Shown here: positions 36,019 through 45,210 of the stretch, piece by piece
Position numbering within the stretch: the first letter of the stretch is position 1
How the letters are laid out: each line of letters begins with the position of its first letter
DNA from: Dehalococcoidia bacterium
Lineage (GTDB): Bacteria > Chloroflexota > Dehalococcoidia > Dehalococcoidales > JAUXAP01
Assembly: GCA_030619865.1 (NCBI GenBank)
Contig: JAUXAP010000003.1
Coordinates: 135-64,134 of the forward strand
Length of the DNA stretch: 64,000 nt
Reading direction: 5' to 3'
Position numbers and translations under genes: made by a program
Notes under the pieces: model-generated
Database searches by the model: none
Seen by the model: only the letters and a program-made list of their open reading frames with translations
Told to the model about the DNA's origin: nothing

Positions 36019-36603
36019 CTACCAGACGATTGTTATTTCGGTAATTGTATCGTCATAGGTTGGGGTAGGTAAGCCGTTCAACTCCCTGTAGCCTTTGCCT
36101 ACCTCCACCTTTACCTCTTTATACGACCACGGCTCAATAATAATAATTCCGTTATCTACAGTTTCAAAAGCAACCAGCTCCAAAACGTAAACCATTCCGG
36201 CAGCAGCCTCACGAGCAATTTGACACCGAACATATGCCGTTCGGATGCCATTGGTTTCAGCATAGTCATGGATTCCCCCAGCAGAATCCATCTCACCCTC
36301 AGCTAATACTTCCTGCACCTCGTCATAGGTAGGATTGTAGAGAAAATAAAAGCCTGCTTCATAGCTGCTACCATAGCCTCCACCCTCAGCCTTCTCGTAG
36401 CCAATCTTACTGCCTTCTTGGTAACCAATCCTGCTCCCTTCCCTAAAGCCCACCATATGACCTTGGGCATACCCTTCCTCAAAGCCATGCTCATGAGCAG
36501 CGGCTAATCTGCTCGCAAGGTAACTTGTGACAATAACACTAGTGGCAATGCCAACGACAATAAGTACAGCAATTATGATGCTAGTTTTGATTAGTCCCTT
36601 CAT
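36019..36603 (-). CDS. paralog of 35351-35992 lacking the Cys and His positions
   Basis: 194 aa with the same layout (TM, GFEEGYAQGHMVGFREGSRIGYQEGSKIGYEK, NGIRTAYVR...VAFETVDNGIIIIEP). The YVCFDFA and HAV segments are absent. Confidence 0.6.
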   Translation of the reverse strand: MKGLIKTSIIIAVLIVVGIATSVIVTSYLASRLAAAHEHGFEEGYAQGHMVGFREGSRIGYQEGSKIGYEKAEGGGYGSSYEAGFYFLYNPTYDEVQEVLAEGEMDSAGGIHDYAETNGIRTAYVRCQIAREAAAGMVYVLELVAFETVDNGIIIIEPWSYKEVKVEVGKGYRELNGLPTPTYDDTITEITIVW

Positions 36604-37250
36604 TATCTTCCTGCCAGGATAAGCTTGGTGCGGTGTATTAATTGTGGGTGTTGAGTAAAACCCAGGGCTGAAGCAACCTGCTCTGGTCTGCCCGAACCGC
36701 TGTTATCACAACGTAACCTCATGCCTACGGTACAACATGGATGATGGCACTCAATAAGCCACAGGTCATCAATTAAAGTCCTCAGGTCATAGCTTCGCGT
36801 GCCGGTATCCCTCTGATGTTGCCACGGTAGATGTTCTACTGAGAGCAAATCGTTAAGAGCTGATTCTATATCCCTTTGTCCCTTCTCCGTTGGCACTTCA
36901 ACCTTATATTCGGCATAGCGAACCTGTGCTTGCAGAGATGGCATACTTAGGGCTATTTGATACACTTGTAGTATTTCAATGCCAGGAGGTAGTTGCTGGC
37001 TTACGGCAGCAGCAAACCAATGAGGGGAAACCTGCTTATTGCCAAGGATGTCCATTAGCTCAGCTTCACTAGTTACCCCCACAGGAAGAGGAGCAGCTAG
37101 TGATATGCGGGGGTGGGGGCTAAATCCTTCTGAGTAGGCTAGAGGTATGCCAGCACGGTGAAGTGCTCTTTGCCACAGGCGCACTATATCAAGGTGGGAA
37201 ATGAATTTTACTTCTTGGCCACGGCAAAACCTAATGCGCAGACGCTGCAT
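36603..37250 (-). CDS. DUF2344 / TIGR03936-like radical-SAM-associated protein
   Basis: 215 aa. RIRFCRGQEVKFISHLDIVRLWQRALHRAGIPLAYSEGFSPHPRISLA. Confidence 0.7.
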   Translation of the reverse strand: MQRLRIRFCRGQEVKFISHLDIVRLWQRALHRAGIPLAYSEGFSPHPRISLAAPLPVGVTSEAELMDILGNKQVSPHWFAAAVSQQLPPGIEILQVYQIALSMPSLQAQVRYAEYKVEVPTEKGQRDIESALNDLLSVEHLPWQHQRDTGTRSYDLRTLIDDLWLIECHHPCCTVGMRLRCDNSGSGRPEQVASALGFTQHPQLIHRTKLILAGR

Positions 37251-38523
37251 CGCTTCCCTTACGATGTCTTTCCTTGGTCAGGAGAATTTCCTCGATTTTG
37301 AGCTCCCGCATTCTGGTTATTACCAGCTTCAAATCCTTATACCTTAGCTGCTCACCAGTTTTAGGTATATGCCCTAAAAGGTGGAGCACGAAGCCAGCCA
37401 CTGTTTCATAGTCACCCTCAGGCAATTCCAAGTCCATCTCTTCATTGGCTTCCTCGATACGCATACCACCATCGACTTGGAAGGTATACTCATTGATTGC
37501 TTCATACTCCTTTTCGGCAGCTGCCAGCTCGTCCCCTACTGGCCCCACAATCTCCTCAACCAATCGACTGAGGCTAACTATACCAGCGGTACCACCATAC
37601 TCATCAACAACCACACACATCCGATAGTTTTTATCTCTCATCTCAGCAAAGAGTTCGCTAATACGCTTGGTCTCAGGAGTAAAATAAGCGGGACGAATCA
37701 GGTCATCAATGGGAGCCTGGTTATTGATAGTGCCCTTAGCCTGAGCCATGAGCACATCCTTTATGGAGAGAATGCCGACTACATTATCCATATTCTCCTG
37801 ATACACCGGGAAACGAGATATGGGGGATTCAGCATAAAGGGCAAGAAAGTCAATCAGTTTAGAGCCTTGCTCAATACATACCACTTCAGGGCGTGGCACC
37901 ATGACCTCACGGACCGGTCGGTCGCCAAAGTCAAAAACCTTATGCAGCATCTCGGCCTCAGCTTCTTCCACTTCTCCCTCTCTATGTCCCACTGATATCA
38001 TAGTCTGAATCTCTTCCGCACTGACTAGAGACCTAGACACCGGCGCCCCTCTAGCTATCTTACTGAACCCTGAGGCTATCCAGCTCAGCACTACTACGAA
38101 GGGAGTAAACAACCACGATATTAGCTCTATCGGCCTAGCAAATATAAAGGAAAGCCTTTCAGCATGCCGAATAGCTATGGTTTTGGGGGTAGTTTCACAA
38201 AATATCAAGAGAATGATGGTTAGGCCTATGGTAGCAATAAGGATGCCCCACCGCTCCCCCAAAAGAGAGAAGGCTAGGGCGGTAGCTAGAGCAACAGCAG
38301 CAGTGTTAACTAAGGTGTTACCCAGCAAGACCGTTGAGAGGAACCTCTCCGGCTGCTGAATCATCCTGGCTATCCGTTTTGCTCCCTTTACCTCGGTGCT
38401 AACCAGATGTTCCACCCTTAACCTAGGGAGGGCAGTAAAGGCTGTCTCCGCGCTAGAAAAGAAGGCTGATAATACTAAGCAAATAAAGAGAAACACCAAG
38501 TACAGTGTTTCGGTGCTATCCAT
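37231..38523 (-). CDS. CNNM/hemolysin-family transporter (DUF21 + CBS pair + CorC_HlyC)
   Basis: 430 aa. Four N-terminal TM helices, CBS-pair region and a C-terminal transporter-associated domain. Confidence 0.85.
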   Translation of the reverse strand: MDSTETLYLVFLFICLVLSAFFSSAETAFTALPRLRVEHLVSTEVKGAKRIARMIQQPERFLSTVLLGNTLVNTAAVALATALAFSLLGERWGILIATIGLTIILLIFCETTPKTIAIRHAERLSFIFARPIELISWLFTPFVVVLSWIASGFSKIARGAPVSRSLVSAEEIQTMISVGHREGEVEEAEAEMLHKVFDFGDRPVREVMVPRPEVVCIEQGSKLIDFLALYAESPISRFPVYQENMDNVVGILSIKDVLMAQAKGTINNQAPIDDLIRPAYFTPETKRISELFAEMRDKNYRMCVVVDEYGGTAGIVSLSRLVEEIVGPVGDELAAAEKEYEAINEYTFQVDGGMRIEEANEEMDLELPEGDYETVAGFVLHLLGHIPKTGEQLRYKDLKLVITRMRELKIEEILLTKERHRKGSDAASAH

Positions 38524-38635
38524 ATAGGATTATTCCCCTTTTACTAAACAAACCCCCGACTAATCACCTTAATATCATCATACCATTAGCTAATAGGCGT
38601 GTCAAAAGAGCGTGCTGCTTGCACTCTAGTGTCTA

Positions 38636-38644
38636 TGCTATAAT
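38636..38644 (+). promoter_or_regulatory. extended -10 element TGCTATAAT, 8 nt before tsaD ATG (leaderless candidate)
   Basis: TGCTATAAT at 38636-38644, ATG at 38653, no SD in between. Confidence 0.45.
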
Positions 38645-38652
38645 CGGGATAT

Positions 38653-39642
38653 ATGAAAATTCTGGGTATCGAGACCTCTTGTGATGAAACAGCAGCGGCG
38701 GTGGTGAAGGATGGGCTTAGAATCCTATCCAACCAGATTGCCTCACAGGTAGAAATCCATGCTCGCTATGGAGGGATTGTTCCTGAGGTCGCCTCTAGAC
38801 AGCACATTCTAGCTATCATCCCTATTATTGAGCAGGCGATGACCCAGGCTAAGGCTACATGGAGTGAGCTGGATGGCATTGCCGTCACTATTGGACCAGG
38901 TCTGGCTGGCTCACTACTGGTTGGAGTAAACGTAGCTAAGGCCATCGCCTCAGCTCATGGGTTACCTATTACCGGAGTTAACCACCTTGAGGGTCATATC
39001 TACGCTAACTGGCTGATTGGTCAAAATCCTGAGCTTATTCCCCGCTTTCCTTCGATATGTCTCATTGTTTCCGGAGGGCATAGTGATTTGGTGTTAATGA
39101 GAGGGCACGGGGATTATGTGTTATTGGGTCGGACACGGGATGATGCTGCCGGTGAAGCCTTTGATAAAGCAGCCAGAATACTGGGATTAGGCTATCCCGG
39201 CGGTCCCGCCATTGAGCAGACGGCAAGAAATGGCACTGCTTCTCTCAAGCTACCTCGTGCCTGGCTTAAAGGGACTAACGACTTTAGCTTCAGTGGTGTC
39301 AAGACAGCCCTGCTCCGTTTGGTGGAGGAGGATAAGGTCTCAAGCAGAGCTGATGCTGCTGCCAGCTTTCAGGAAGCAGTGGTTGATGTCCTGGTTACCA
39401 AAACGGTAACTGTAACCAAGGAGCACCGGGTAAAGCAGATTTTACTGGCCGGTGGAGTGGCATCAAATAAGCTGCTTCGAAGTCGGCTGGTGGAAAATTC
39501 ACCTATCCCGGTTCTGGTTCCTGAACCTATACTATGCACCGATAATGCCGCTATGATTGCTGCCTGCAGCTATTATCACTTCCAAGCCGGTAAGATAGAC
39601 AGTTTAGATTTAGATGTCATTCCCAGCCTTAAGCTGGCTTAA
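38653..39642 (+). CDS. tsaD: tRNA N6-adenosine threonylcarbamoyltransferase
   Basis: 329 aa. [17 protein letters not shown] is a Kae1/TsaD N-terminus. Confidence 0.95.
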   Translation: MKILGIETSCDETAAAVVKDGLRILSNQIASQVEIHARYGGIVPEVASRQHILAIIPIIEQAMTQAKATWSELDGIAVTIGPGLAGSLLVGVNVAKAIASAHGLPITGVNHLEGHIYANWLIGQNPELIPRFPSICLIVSGGHSDLVLMRGHGDYVLLGRTRDDAAGEAFDKAARILGLGYPGGPAIEQTARNGTASLKLPRAWLKGTNDFSFSGVKTALLRLVEEDKVSSRADAAASFQEAVVDVLVTKTVTVTKEHRVKQILLAGGVASNKLLRSRLVENSPIPVLVPEPILCTDNAAMIAACSYYHFQAGKIDSLDLDVIPSLKLA

Positions 39643-40986
39643 GGGGCAGTAGTGGCATCTACCTTGAGTGCACAGGGTATTATAGATATAAATTAGCCCT
39701 TGTTGCCTCCGGGCTGAGTTGACCAAACTGGTGCTTAGCTCAAGCTGATACCTCATATGCCTTTCCACAGAGTTTACTGCCAGCTTAGGGTAGTGACAGT
39801 AAAGGTCAAAGGCCTTCTTCTTAAGTCTTGGCCGGGAGGCGAGTTGGCTCCAGGCAAATATAAAGGGCAGAAGCACATTCACTATAATATCAGCCGCCCG
39901 CCTATCACCTAGAAGGGTTGGGGTTCTTACCCTGCTACCTAAGCAAAAATCAAAGTGGTTTGCCCAATAACCATTGGTGGTAACTAATAACCCCTCTTCT
40001 AATCTATGGTGACCTTGACTGACCGGCACCTCCTTTACCATGTTGACTAATGCTTCAAACATCCCCTTCTCCTTATAACGGAGTATAAGATAACTCATTG
40101 CTACTATACGCCGAACCGGGAAGTTACTTGGTCTAACCTTAAATAGATGCCAGTCATTCCGGGACATCACCTCAGTGTGGCGAGAAACAGCCCATAACCT
40201 CTCTAACCTGTCTATCCACCTACCGTCTAATTTGTTTTCCCGGAGTCCATCATGGCATTGTGAGGGAAGTAGCCCAGCGGTACCCAATAGTAGAGCCTGT
40301 TGTTGGGCAAGACACTCTTCGTCTGATATTCTACCTCGGGTCATCGACTCCAGGATCTGAAGTGGTAGTCGGCGGGCTAGCTCTAGACAGGGAAGCTTAT
40401 TCTTAGAGTAACCCAAGGCACCCATTATCCCCCTATAAAGGGATTGGCTCGCCCCTATTTCAGCTAAATCCACTTGAAACCGAGAAACCTTAGCCAAAAA
40501 CCGCTCTTCCCCAGCGCTGTCTAGAAATCCAGCTATAGTACTCGCAGTTAGGCGCTGAGCCACTTTGAGGCAAGGCATATTCAAGGTAACGGAGGGATAT
40601 ACCTCGTCAGACTGCTGGCTAACCGGGTTTTCTATGTATTTATGTAAAGCAAGAATAGGAATATTCTTTCCATTCTGAAGAATAGTAGCTGCCCCAGTAT
40701 CATGCCACATTACCACATGCAGGATTACCCGGTTATAGGCAGGGTCCAGGTGGTGTCGGTGAACTCGCCAACTACTGGACTTAACATGAAGTTCTATATC
40801 TCCCATTATTAACCCTCGGCTGGTAGCAATAACTGCATCACAGAAATCAGCCCCCCGGTCATCATTGAGCCTCCCCGGATAGATTACCTTTACCGGCTCA
40901 CCACCCTCAGTGACCAGCTCTGACCTGCTTAGTAATTGCTGCTGCCAGAGCTTAACAATTTGTTTCTCGGAGAGATTACTGGTCAC
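39610..40986 (-). CDS. DUF2851-family protein
   Basis: 458 aa with a GTG start after AGGTGGTGAG. N-terminal pattern [14 protein letters not shown]...[31 protein letters not shown]. Confidence 0.7.
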   Translation of the reverse strand: MTSNLSEKQIVKLWQQQLLSRSELVTEGGEPVKVIYPGRLNDDRGADFCDAVIATSRGLIMGDIELHVKSSSWRVHRHHLDPAYNRVILHVVMWHDTGAATILQNGKNIPILALHKYIENPVSQQSDEVYPSVTLNMPCLKVAQRLTASTIAGFLDSAGEERFLAKVSRFQVDLAEIGASQSLYRGIMGALGYSKNKLPCLELARRLPLQILESMTRGRISDEECLAQQQALLLGTAGLLPSQCHDGLRENKLDGRWIDRLERLWAVSRHTEVMSRNDWHLFKVRPSNFPVRRIVAMSYLILRYKEKGMFEALVNMVKEVPVSQGHHRLEEGLLVTTNGYWANHFDFCLGSRVRTPTLLGDRRAADIIVNVLLPFIFAWSQLASRPRLKKKAFDLYCHYPKLAVNSVERHMRYQLELSTSLVNSARRQQGLIYIYNTLCTQGRCHYCPLSQLKAGNDI

Positions 40987-41031
40987 CTCACCACCTTTAG
41001 GTTGCTACAGATAACCCTGTACCCTTTGTTT

Positions 41032-41047
41032 TACACGATATCGTGTA
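41032..41047. promoter_or_regulatory. operator-like palindrome TACACG-ATAT-CGTGTA
   Basis: Perfect 16-bp palindrome, 46 nt upstream of the DUF2851 start. Confidence 0.5.
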
Positions 41048-41098
41048 TCACCAAGCTAAAAAAAGCGATTTTTGCCTAAACCCAATTAATTAGCCCCT

Positions 41099-41617
41099 TT
41101 ACCCTAACTGTTTATCAAGCTCTTGTTTAAATACCTGGCAAGCTGGTTGATCAAACAAGGCAAAGACTACCCGGTTAAGTCCTGTTTCCTCGGCTGAGTA
41201 CTGGCGTACCTCGCTAATCATTATCCTAGCACACTCATCCAGAGGAAAGCCACCAACACCAGTGCCCAGAGCCGGGAAAGCAAGGCTCTTGATACCAAGC
41301 TCGTCACCTCTAAGCAAGCTATTTCTCGTTGCCTGCCTAATTTTTTCAGCATCAGTCTTAAGGTCTTGCCCCATCACCGCGGCATGTATAATATACTTTG
41401 TTTCTAGCTTACCGGCTCCAGTTACTACCGCTTCCCCGACAGGAATAGGCCCCTTTTTAACCGCCTCATCCTCTATTTCCTTACCCCCGACTCTCTTCAG
41501 GGCGCCAGCTACCCCACCACCCATCCATAATCGATTATTAGCTGCGTTTACCAAGGCATCAAGTTCAAGCTGAGTAATGCCTCCCTGGTAGACCTCAATT
41601 TTAATCATTGCCTTCAC
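41099..41617 (-). CDS. macro-domain protein (ADP-ribose binding/hydrolase)
   Basis: 172 aa. LVNAANNRLWMGGGVAGAL...HAAV...PALGTGVGG. Confidence 0.85.
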   Translation of the reverse strand: MKAMIKIEVYQGGITQLELDALVNAANNRLWMGGGVAGALKRVGGKEIEDEAVKKGPIPVGEAVVTGAGKLETKYIIHAAVMGQDLKTDAEKIRQATRNSLLRGDELGIKSLAFPALGTGVGGFPLDECARIMISEVRQYSAEETGLNRVVFALFDQPACQVFKQELDKQLG

Positions 41618-41630
41618 CTAGGCTATGCTT

Positions 41631-41654
41631 ATTATACACGGAACCGTGTATAAT
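41631..41654. promoter_or_regulatory. operator-like palindrome ATTATACACGG-AA-CCGTGTATAAT (core TACACG-GAAC-CGTGTA) overlapping a TATAAT box
   Basis: 11-bp perfect arms. Lies between the HTH stop and the macro start. On the minus strand TATAAT sits ~14 nt before the macro ATG region, which has SD AGGTGAAGG. Confidence 0.5.
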
Positions 41655-41655
41655 G

Positions 41656-41907
41656 TCAAGGCCTTTCGGTTTCTGAGGAAGTGGCTTCATACTTAAATTT
41701 GGCGCGTTCAGCAATAATAGACAGAAGGGTAGATGAGGCACCGCGGGGTTTATACATTCCTAGTTCCCATTCGCTTATTGTCTGCTGGCGTGTGCCCAGT
41801 CTATCTGCCAGCTCACGCTGGGTTAAACCTAGATGGCGCCTTAAGGCACGGATATACTCACTATCCCATTGCGGTCGGTCCACTTTGTACTGGCTACTCA
41901 TAGCCAA
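41656..41907 (-). CDS. XRE-family helix-turn-helix transcriptional regulator
   Basis: 83 aa. LGLTQRELADRLGTRQQTISEWELG. TTG 41907 or ATG 41901 as start. Confidence 0.8.
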   Translation of the reverse strand: MAMSSQYKVDRPQWDSEYIRALRRHLGLTQRELADRLGTRQQTISEWELGMYKPRGASSTLLSIIAERAKFKYEATSSETERP

Positions 41908-41911
41908 ATAC

Positions 41912-41927
41912 TACACGATTTAGTGTA
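41912..41927. promoter_or_regulatory. operator-like imperfect palindrome TACACG-ATTT-AGTGTA
   Basis: Same half-site and spacing as the other two, with one arm mismatch. Immediately upstream of the HTH gene and adjacent to a TAGTAT -10-like box. Confidence 0.45.
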
Positions 41928-42013
41928 AACCGTCAACAACCTCAATCTTTGGCCCGGATGAGACTCATAAATGGGCATTATGATGAAGGCAGAGGCATAC
42001 TTTAGCCAAAAAC

Positions 42014-43282
42014 CTATGTATCAGTACTGAGTATGCGGATAATTCTCGTCTTAGCCCTCGCCACCTCCAGCTTATCGACCTTCTCTATCGCCGCCTGGAG
42101 GTTTCCCTCCCTGGCTAAATGAGTAGTCACAATCACGTGGACAAATTCTTTGGAAACTGCTTCCTTCTGGATTACAGCGGCGATACTAATACTGTATTCC
42201 CAGAAGATGTTACAAATCTGAGCCAGGACACCCGCTTGGTCCACTACACCAAATCTCAGGTAGTAGCGTCTCTCAACAGCTTCAGTAGAACCTAAGACCA
42301 AAGCCTCTGGCGAATCTGGCATGGGCAGTGTCCTGCCCTCAGCTATATCCAGCAAGTCTTTAATAACTGCGTCCGCTGTGGGGTAAGTCCCGGCTCCTGG
42401 AGCAACTAAGCCGGATATTACTCCATATTCATCCTCAAGCTCAATGCCATTATATGCTCCCTCAAGAGAGCCTAAAAGGGACACCTGAGGAACTAATGCC
42501 GGATGCACGCTAACATTAAAAACGCGTTCTTTTTGCTCAATCACCCCAACCAGCTTAACGGAATATCCCAGTTCAGTGGCATACTGGATATCCTGCGCAG
42601 CGAAATCTCTAATTCCCTCAACGGGAAAAGGAGCAACAGCATGATACGAATTGCTAATAAGACCCAATATAATGCGAATCTTGTTAGCCGTATCTATCCC
42701 GTCTATATCCTCTGACGGGTCACTCTCAGCATAGCCTCTTCCCTGGGCTTCTTTAAGCGCCTCCTCAAATCCCTTTCCCTCCCTTGACATGGTAGACAGT
42801 ATGTAGTTACAGGTACCGTTCAGAATGGCATAAATTCTTCGGAATTTTTTGGCAGCGGTTCCGGCCTGGCGCAACTCGTGAATGAGTGAATGACAGCCAA
42901 CAAAGCTGGCTCTGAAGCCAACACGACGGTGCAAAGTTGAAGCCAGTTGAAAAATACTTTCCCCCTCCTGAGCTAGTAGCATCTTGTTGGCAGTAACTAC
43001 ATCTTTACCATTCTGCAGGGCTGTTAAGAGAACACTTTTGGCTGGTTCAATACCGCCTATCAACTCAACCACAATATCAATTTCAGGGTCACTGATGGCC
43101 TGTTTCCAATCTGTGGTAAGATATTCCGCCGGTATGGTAACGGAGCGCTTTCTTTCCAGGTCAATATCAACCACTTTTGCCAGCTCTAAGCCAGCAACCC
43201 CTTTTTGATAAAGAATCTCCACCACACCGGTGCCAATATTACCAAAACCTATTACGGCTACTTTCTTTGGTTTTACCATCAT
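42014..43282 (-). CDS. hom: homoserine dehydrogenase
   Basis: 422 aa. VAVIGFGNIGTG NAD fold, catalytic domain and C-terminal ACT domain. Confidence 0.9.
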   Translation of the reverse strand: MMVKPKKVAVIGFGNIGTGVVEILYQKGVAGLELAKVVDIDLERKRSVTIPAEYLTTDWKQAISDPEIDIVVELIGGIEPAKSVLLTALQNGKDVVTANKMLLAQEGESIFQLASTLHRRVGFRASFVGCHSLIHELRQAGTAAKKFRRIYAILNGTCNYILSTMSREGKGFEEALKEAQGRGYAESDPSEDIDGIDTANKIRIILGLISNSYHAVAPFPVEGIRDFAAQDIQYATELGYSVKLVGVIEQKERVFNVSVHPALVPQVSLLGSLEGAYNGIELEDEYGVISGLVAPGAGTYPTADAVIKDLLDIAEGRTLPMPDSPEALVLGSTEAVERRYYLRFGVVDQAGVLAQICNIFWEYSISIAAVIQKEAVSKEFVHVIVTTHLAREGNLQAAIEKVDKLEVARAKTRIIRILSTDT

Positions 43283-43288
43283 ATAGGG

Positions 43289-43318
43289 ATATTACCGCCG
43301 TAAACAGGCTGGTGTCAA
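43289..43318 (-). promoter_or_regulatory. promoter TTGACA-18-TAATAT ending 6 nt before hom ATG (leaderless candidate)
   Basis: Minus strand reads TTGACA ccagcctgtttacggcgg TAATAT ccctat ATGATG. Confidence 0.5.
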
Positions 43319-43336
43319 ATAATACAATGCCTTATT

Positions 43337-44806
43337 TCACATCAGTTCCGTCTGCTTGAGGCTCCCCCTAGCTGCCCGCGGTGAATACTGGTTGGCGGCT
43401 TCAACCAGCAGAGCCAGGCTCATCAGGAAATCGTCATGCCCCTGTGACGGGTCAACATAGAAATTCATCGTCTGGCTGGGACGGTACTGGCTCTTCGCCT
43501 TCTCCATCTCAAACCAGAACTCTTGATACTCGGTTGAGCCATCCCCGGCATACATTTTCAACCGGCCTGAGTTAATGCTGGCTAACAGGCTAAAGCCTAA
43601 CTCCGACTTTGACCGCTGAGTGAAGGTGAAAGGAATAACCCGTGAGCCTAATGACTGCCTGAGGAACGAGCTCACCGGCTGACCAACTCCGGTAGCATCA
43701 ACCACTACCCTACGGCAGCGCCATACGTTCCTGAGGATGTCAACTAATTGAGGGTAGAGGTCGGTATGCTTCCTGCCTGTCCACCAGTAATGCTCAACAA
43801 CCTTAATCTTAGACTGCTTTTGAACATCATCACTAATAGTAAAGTCTAACTCGCCAATAGTAACCACAGTAGAGTCCTGACGTGGTTTAAGGGCTCTTAA
43901 ATGGGCTCCTTCCTCTTCCTCAGCCTCCCCAGCCAGGTCAATACCGGCGACATAGACCTTACTGCGGTCAGGTTGATGCTTCCTTACATGTTCGCCGCTT
44001 AGCTGAGCCCTCTGCTGAGGTGATAGGTATCCCCCACCGCCATGGATGGGTAAAAGTCGGTACTGAGAAAGGAATAGGGGATGGTTCTCACCAAGGCGCT
44101 CCCTCTCCGCTTCAACATAGGCTAAATAGTCGGGATTATACTTGGCCACTTCCTGCCAATCATAGCGGAAGTGGCGTTTGATACCATCCCTTCTCTCCAG
44201 TTCGCAATTAGTCTGCTTTATCTCCTCAAGCAGAGTAGCATCATCCCAGGTAGTGCCATAGTGAACGGTAGTAACATTGGTCGTTGCCCCCATAGGCTTG
44301 AATTCTTTGGTATACTTTTCCTTGCTGACATCCTGCGATTCATCTATTTCCAGGAGAATATGAGCGGTGTTACCCACCACATTAGCTGACTCATCAGCCG
44401 ATAGGAATATTGCCCTGGCATTCCCCAGCCTAATGATATAACCCAGCTCAGCCACCCAGATACCAGCAAAGCCAGCATCATTCAGCCTGTCCTTCAACCG
44501 TATCATAGAGATAACCGTCTGCGGTTTAAAGGTAGGCGCACACTTAACCAGGTTCTGTGGCTCAGCCATATAAAGGGTCAAAAGCAAGAGCTCAAGTTGA
44601 GCTGACAGTTCATTCTTACCCCCCTGCCTAGCCATTTCAACAGAAAAGGTGAGACCTTTTCTTCCAAAAATGCTGTCCAAGATAGCCAGCGCCACTTCTC
44701 GCTGGTAGGGCCGTAGCTTACGCAAGGTAAGCTGGCTAGGCGATTTATTTGCTGACGGCGGCCCCGATGCTGATTCCGAGGGGGAGGGCGACATCTCTAA
44801 GGACAT
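43337..44806 (-). CDS. phage terminase large subunit-like protein
   Basis: 489 aa. Walker A-like ARQGGKNE, Walker B-like ILLEIDES, and a C-terminal nuclease-like VVVDATGVG...GHDDFLMSLAL. Confidence 0.7.
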   Translation of the reverse strand: MSLEMSPSPSESASGPPSANKSPSQLTLRKLRPYQREVALAILDSIFGRKGLTFSVEMARQGGKNELSAQLELLLLTLYMAEPQNLVKCAPTFKPQTVISMIRLKDRLNDAGFAGIWVAELGYIIRLGNARAIFLSADESANVVGNTAHILLEIDESQDVSKEKYTKEFKPMGATTNVTTVHYGTTWDDATLLEEIKQTNCELERRDGIKRHFRYDWQEVAKYNPDYLAYVEAERERLGENHPLFLSQYRLLPIHGGGGYLSPQQRAQLSGEHVRKHQPDRSKVYVAGIDLAGEAEEEEGAHLRALKPRQDSTVVTIGELDFTISDDVQKQSKIKVVEHYWWTGRKHTDLYPQLVDILRNVWRCRRVVVDATGVGQPVSSFLRQSLGSRVIPFTFTQRSKSELGFSLLASINSGRLKMYAGDGSTEYQEFWFEMEKAKSQYRPSQTMNFYVDPSQGHDDFLMSLALLVEAANQYSPRAARGSLKQTELM

Positions 44807-45107
44807 TACCTATTGCCTCCTTCAGTCCTTTCTTCTGTTCCTTGGTGATGTTATATCTGGTCTTAACCAGCCTCGCCAGGGTATTGGCAGCTTGCATAAT
44901 AAGCTTGATGTTCTCCGGGTCATGTTCAAGGAGGGATTTTATCTTAACCCGTAGCAGGGCAATCTCATCATCAATACCCTCAACGCCAGTGGCTAGCTCA
45001 AAATCGAGCCGCTCTGCCTCATCAAGCACCTTAGAGTAGAAGCCGTGCTTCCTAGCGTTTTGATTGCCCTTGGGTGCCCCTCTTTTTCTTTCCATCTTTG
45101 CTGGCAT
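44745..45107 (-). CDS. terminase small subunit-like / phage DNA-binding protein
   Basis: 120 aa. N-terminal RGAPKGNQNARKHGFYS motif, as seen in phage small terminase-type proteins. Overlaps the large subunit ORF by ~60 nt. Confidence 0.5.
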   Translation of the reverse strand: MPAKMERKRGAPKGNQNARKHGFYSKVLDEAERLDFELATGVEGIDDEIALLRVKIKSLLEHDPENIKLIMQAANTLARLVKTRYNITKEQKKGLKEAIGNVLRDVALPLGISIGAAVSK

Positions 45108-45210
45108 GTAGCTTGTCTCCGTTCTTAAGCATTCTAGCCGTGACCAAGATAATGGTATGGGCTGCCAAGTCCCACCTCTGGTTTTCCACAGCCAATCTTA
45201 ATAACCTCAT
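45052..45210 (-). CDS. hypothetical small protein
   Basis: 52 aa from ATG 45210 (MRLLRLAVENQRWDLAAH...), preceded by AAAGGGGGGAG. Overlaps the next ORF start. Confidence 0.3.
   Translation of the reverse strand: MRLLRLAVENQRWDLAAHTIILVTARMLKNGDKLHASKDGKKKRGTQGQSKR

Noticed and set aside
37381-37995. 204-aa plus-strand ORF, and similar long antisense ORFs at 60367-61008, 14297-14782, 33364-33786 and 58097-58603
   Set aside because: Each lies wholly inside, and antisense to, a gene with strong family motifs (CNNM transporter, pyruvate kinase, hydrogenase large subunit, purH, lyase). Their sequences are low-complexity or odd in composition and have no start signals.
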